Shown: positions 61,163 through 64,000 of the stretch, one piece after another
Position numbering within the stretch: the first letter of the stretch is position 1
Layout: every line of letters begins with the position of its first letter
From: an uncultured bacterium
Lineage (GTDB): Bacteria > Verrucomicrobiota > Verrucomicrobiia > Limisphaerales > UBA8199
DNA: 64,000 nucleotides
NCBI GenBank assembly: GCA_963749495.1
Contig: CAVVMW010000019.1
Span: 192,001 to 256,000, forward strand
Direction of reading: 5' to 3'
Translations under genes and position numbers: made by a program
The notes under the pieces: model-generated
What the model was told of the DNA's origin: nothing
The model's input: the letters and a program-made list of their open reading frames with translations, nothing else
The model's database searches: none

Positions 61163-61935
61163 GAGCCGAGGCCTCCGCTTTGGAGGGCGTATCCCGACAT
61201 TGCCCCATCCGCCGGGGGCCGGACCGGAGTGCGCCCGTCCCCGGGCGCAGCGACGTCCGGAGCCGGGGCAGCGGTCAAACACTCCAGCGCGCCTGCCCGC
61301 TCCGTCGCTGCTGCGCCCGGGGACGGGCGCACTCCGGGGACAGTGCCAGGATGCGCCCCGGCTTGGGCCGCCCCGATCAACTGGCTTGCCTGCTTTGGTT
61401 CGGTTGCCCTCGCGGCCCCGGCCGTCGCTTCCGCCAGTTGCTCCGCCTTCCGTCCTCCGTCCTCCGTCCTCTGGCCTCCGACCTCCGGCACGGGCTTGCC
61501 TTGCTGCGCCCAGAAGCGGCAGATCAGGTCGAAATGAAACTCCTCCTTGCTCAGGCCGGCGAGGTTGTAATCGCGGGAGAAGCGGATGGCCCCCTCCCGG
61601 CAGACCTCGACGCAGGCCCCGCAGAGGCTGCACTTGGTGAAATCAAGCCGGTAGCTGGTGACGCTCTTGCGCTTGTCGCCTTCGAACTTGGTGCCCTCGA
61701 CGGCGATGCAGTCGCTGGGGCAGGCCTTCTGGCAGAGCTTGCAGACAAAGCAGAGCGGCTTGCCCGTCTCAGGGTTGCCCACCAACTCGATGTGCCCGCG
61801 GTAGCGCGCGGGAATCTTCAGGGTCTGGCGTGGATAGTGGACGGTCACCTTGGCCTTGAAGAACTGGCCGAGGGTGATGCGCATGCCGATGAGCAGGCTC
61901 TTGAATCCGGTATAGACTTCGCTGAAAGGGTTCAT
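61159..61935 (-). CDS. nuoI: NADH-quinone oxidoreductase subunit I with repeat-derived C-terminal extension
   Basis: TVHYP, RYRG, CFVCKLCQKACP, CSLCGACVEVC; long low-complexity tail. Confidence 0.92.
   Translation of the reverse strand: MNPFSEVYTGFKSLLIGMRITLGQFFKAKVTVHYPRQTLKIPARYRGHIELVGNPETGKPLCFVCKLCQKACPSDCIAVEGTKFEGDKRKSVTSYRLDFTKCSLCGACVEVCREGAIRFSRDYNLAGLSKEEFHFDLICRFWAQQGKPVPEVGGQRTEDGGRKAEQLAEATAGAARATEPKQASQLIGAAQAGAHPGTVPGVRPSPGAAATERAGALECLTAAPAPDVAAPGDGRTPVRPPADGAMSGYALQSGGLGS
61183..61357. repeat. Family C palindrome embedded in the nuoI reading frame
   Basis: Inverted homologue of 6124-6300. Confidence 0.9.
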
Positions 61936-61938
61936 GAC

Positions 61939-62179
61939 GCGCAAGTCAGTTTTTGGATAAGTGTTTGGGCCGAGACGCCGGGTTTCCCCTCACCCCGGCC
62001 CTCTCCCCATCGGATGGGGAGAGGGAGCAGCAACGGCTGGTTGTCGCAAGCGGCAACGCGCTGCGATGCGTCGAGTGGCGGGCGGCGGCCCACCCTCTCC
62101 CCATCCGATGGGGAGAGGGCCGGGGTGAGGGGCCGCGGCGACCGGTCGTGAAGAGCTGCGGCAGATTGGCGCAAACCCA
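61939..62179. mobile_element. 241-bp insertion (family E palindrome) flanked by a 9-bp direct repeat
   Basis: GTTCATGAC at 61930-61938 and 62180-62188. Confidence 0.7.
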
Positions 62180-62181
62180 GT

Positions 62182-63213
62182 TCATGACAGGGCCCTCGCA
62201 ATTTTTATTGCCGCCGCCGACAGGAGCAGGGTGAACAGCGACACCGGGATGAGGATCTTCCACGAGAGGTTGAGCAGGCCGTAGAACTGGGTGCGCGGAA
62301 ACGTCCAGCGGACCCAGACGACGGAAAAGACCAGGAGATACATTTTGATGAGGAACCACGCCACACCGGGGAGGATGCCCAAGGGGCTCTGCCAGCCGCC
62401 CAGGAAGAGGACCGTCGCCAGGCTGCAGCCCAGGACGATGTTGGCGTATTCGGCCATGAAGAAGACGCCGAATCCCATGCCGGCGTATTCGGTGTAAGCG
62501 CCGGCCACCAACTCGCTCTCGGCCTCGGCCATATCGAAGGGGGCGCGGTTGGTCTCCGCCAGCGTGCAGATGTAGAAGATGAGGAAAGTCACCGGCATCA
62601 GCGGGTTGAGCCCGAGCCGGAAGAGGTTCCAATGCCAGAACGGCCCGGCCTGCTGCCGGACGATCTCGTTGAGGTTCAGGGTGCCGGTGGCCATGGCCAT
62701 GGTGATGACGACCAGGAGCATCGGGATTTCGTAGGCGACGTTCTGAGAAACGACGCGCGCGGCGGACATGACGGCGTACTTGTTGCGGGAGGACCAGGCG
62801 CCGAGCATGAGGGCCATGACGTTGATCGAGCCCAGGGCGAAGATCATCAGCAGACCCACGTTGAGATTGACCGCCGCCAGGCCCTGGCCAAAGGGGATCA
62901 CGGCCAGGCTCATCAGCGCCGGCGCCATGACCATCAACGGGGCTGCCCGAAACAGCGTCGCATCCACCCCGGCGGGGACGATGAGTTGCTTGGACATCAG
63001 CTTGAGGCCGTCGGCCACGGGCTGGAGCAGGCCGGCGGGGCCCACTTCGGTCGGCCCGGGCCGGCGCTGAAAATAACCCGCGCCCTTGCGCTCGACCCAG
63101 ACCAGGTAGGCCGCATTCAGGGCCACAAAGCCCAGGATCACCACCACGGCGAACACCAACCGGTAAGGTTCGGTGCCGAGCAGGGCGATGGTCTTGGAAA
63201 GGAGTGCGTTCAT
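62182..63213 (-). CDS. nuoH: NADH-quinone oxidoreductase subunit H
   Basis: VERK..QRRPGP, GLLQPVADGLK, AETNRAPFDMAEAESELV. Confidence 0.95.
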   Translation of the reverse strand: MNALLSKTIALLGTEPYRLVFAVVVILGFVALNAAYLVWVERKGAGYFQRRPGPTEVGPAGLLQPVADGLKLMSKQLIVPAGVDATLFRAAPLMVMAPALMSLAVIPFGQGLAAVNLNVGLLMIFALGSINVMALMLGAWSSRNKYAVMSAARVVSQNVAYEIPMLLVVITMAMATGTLNLNEIVRQQAGPFWHWNLFRLGLNPLMPVTFLIFYICTLAETNRAPFDMAEAESELVAGAYTEYAGMGFGVFFMAEYANIVLGCSLATVLFLGGWQSPLGILPGVAWFLIKMYLLVFSVVWVRWTFPRTQFYGLLNLSWKILIPVSLFTLLLSAAAIKIARALS

Positions 63214-63326
63214 CCTGCGTTGAAAAATCCGAAGTTCAATGGCCGAACGCGTCTGACGCGTCTGACGGGTCCGACGGGTCTGACGGGTTCAGATTTGGAA
63301 TTTCGGGATTCGTCATGCATTGAAGT

Positions 63327-64000
63327 TCACCGATCGATGTCGGGTATAACCAGATCGAGGCTGCCCATCAGGGCCAGGGCGTCGGTCAGGAGCATCCCCC
63401 GGCTGGCTTCCTCGAAGAGGCTCAGGTTGGACAGGCAGGGCGTGCGCAGCTTGACGCGGTAGGGGATCTCCTTGTTGTCGCTGACGATGCGCACCATGAA
63501 CCGTCCGCGGGCGGCCTCGACCGCATAGCAGTAATCGCCGGCGGGCAGCTTGAGCACGCGCGGCACCTTCTCGGCCATGACGGGGCCTTGGGGCATTTTG
63601 TCCAGGGCCTGCTCGATGATGCGCAGGCTCTGGGCCATCTCTTCCATCCGGACCAGGTAGCGGGCCATCGAATCGCCCTCGGGGAAATGGGGGACCGCGA
63701 AGTCCAATTCGGGATAGACCGAGTAGGGCTCGGCCTTGCGGACGTCGTAGGCCAGGCCGGAGCCGCGGAGGACCGGGCCCGTGGCGCCGTATTTGCGGCA
63801 GAGTTCCTGGCTGATGGGGCCGATGCCGATGAGGCGCTTGCGCAGGATGATGTTGTCGGTGACCAGGCCGCGGTACATCTTCAGGCGCGGCCGCATTTGG
63901 GCGATGAACTGGCGCGTCCCTTTGAGGAAGGTCTCATCCACGTCGTTGCAGAGCCCCCCGAACCGATAGTAACAGTAGGTGAGCCGCGCGCCGGTGATGC
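63327..64000 (-). CDS. nuoD: NADH-quinone oxidoreductase subunit D (5' part outside window)
   Basis: TGPVLRGSG..DVRK..PY, GDSMARY, EAARG, GSLDLVIPDIDR. Confidence 0.95.
   Translation of the reverse strand, partial: ITGARLTYCYYRFGGLCNDVDETFLKGTRQFIAQMRPRLKMYRGLVTDNIILRKRLIGIGPISQELCRKYGATGPVLRGSGLAYDVRKAEPYSVYPELDFAVPHFPEGDSMARYLVRMEEMAQSLRIIEQALDKMPQGPVMAEKVPRVLKLPAGDYCYAVEAARGRFMVRIVSDNKEIPYRVKLRTPCLSNLSLFEEASRGMLLTDALALMGSLDLVIPDIDR

Noticed and set aside
63327..64000. Group 4 [NiFe]-hydrogenase large subunit
   Set aside because: The C-terminus is DLVIPDIDR (NuoD type) and lacks the DPCxxC Ni ligands.

Overview
GC-rich chromosomal window, most likely from a Verrucomicrobiota (Pedosphaerales-like) genome. 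Support for this: the PVC-type small basic protein, an H-X9-DG prepilin-like protein and a FYRL-ending secreted LamG/Ig/PA14 protein. Core content: polX, lptG-like permease, GAF histidine kinase, tonB-exbB-exbD, folD, rluB, rpmE-prfA, a gmd/epimerase/glycosyltransferase cluster, carbohydrate enzymes and the distal part of a complex I operon (nuoD,H,I,J,K + two Mrp/NuoL-like antiporter subunits + nuoM,N). Single-base frameshifts in about eight genes, including folD and prfA, are most likely read or assembly errors. Accessory content is dense: an ORF-less 801-nt group II intron, a REP-flanked Y1 transposase, several REPIN/MITE families (some with TIRs and target duplications), 7-mer and 9-mer tandem arrays, six intact or truncated TA modules, an N4-MTase/endonuclease locus and a decayed attC-like site. 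Three observations stand out. (1) A chimeric junction at 51088-51255 re-supplies the 3' ends of both flanking convergent genes; the nuoN copy differs almost only at third codon positions, and the junction separates an R-M cargo from a TA cargo. (2) Nearly every junction of the nuo operon carries a repeat insertion that is itself an ORF relaying from the upstream stop to the downstream start. (3) The complex I has four antiporter subunits and an apparently lengthened lateral helix. All calls were made by eye, with no database searches.
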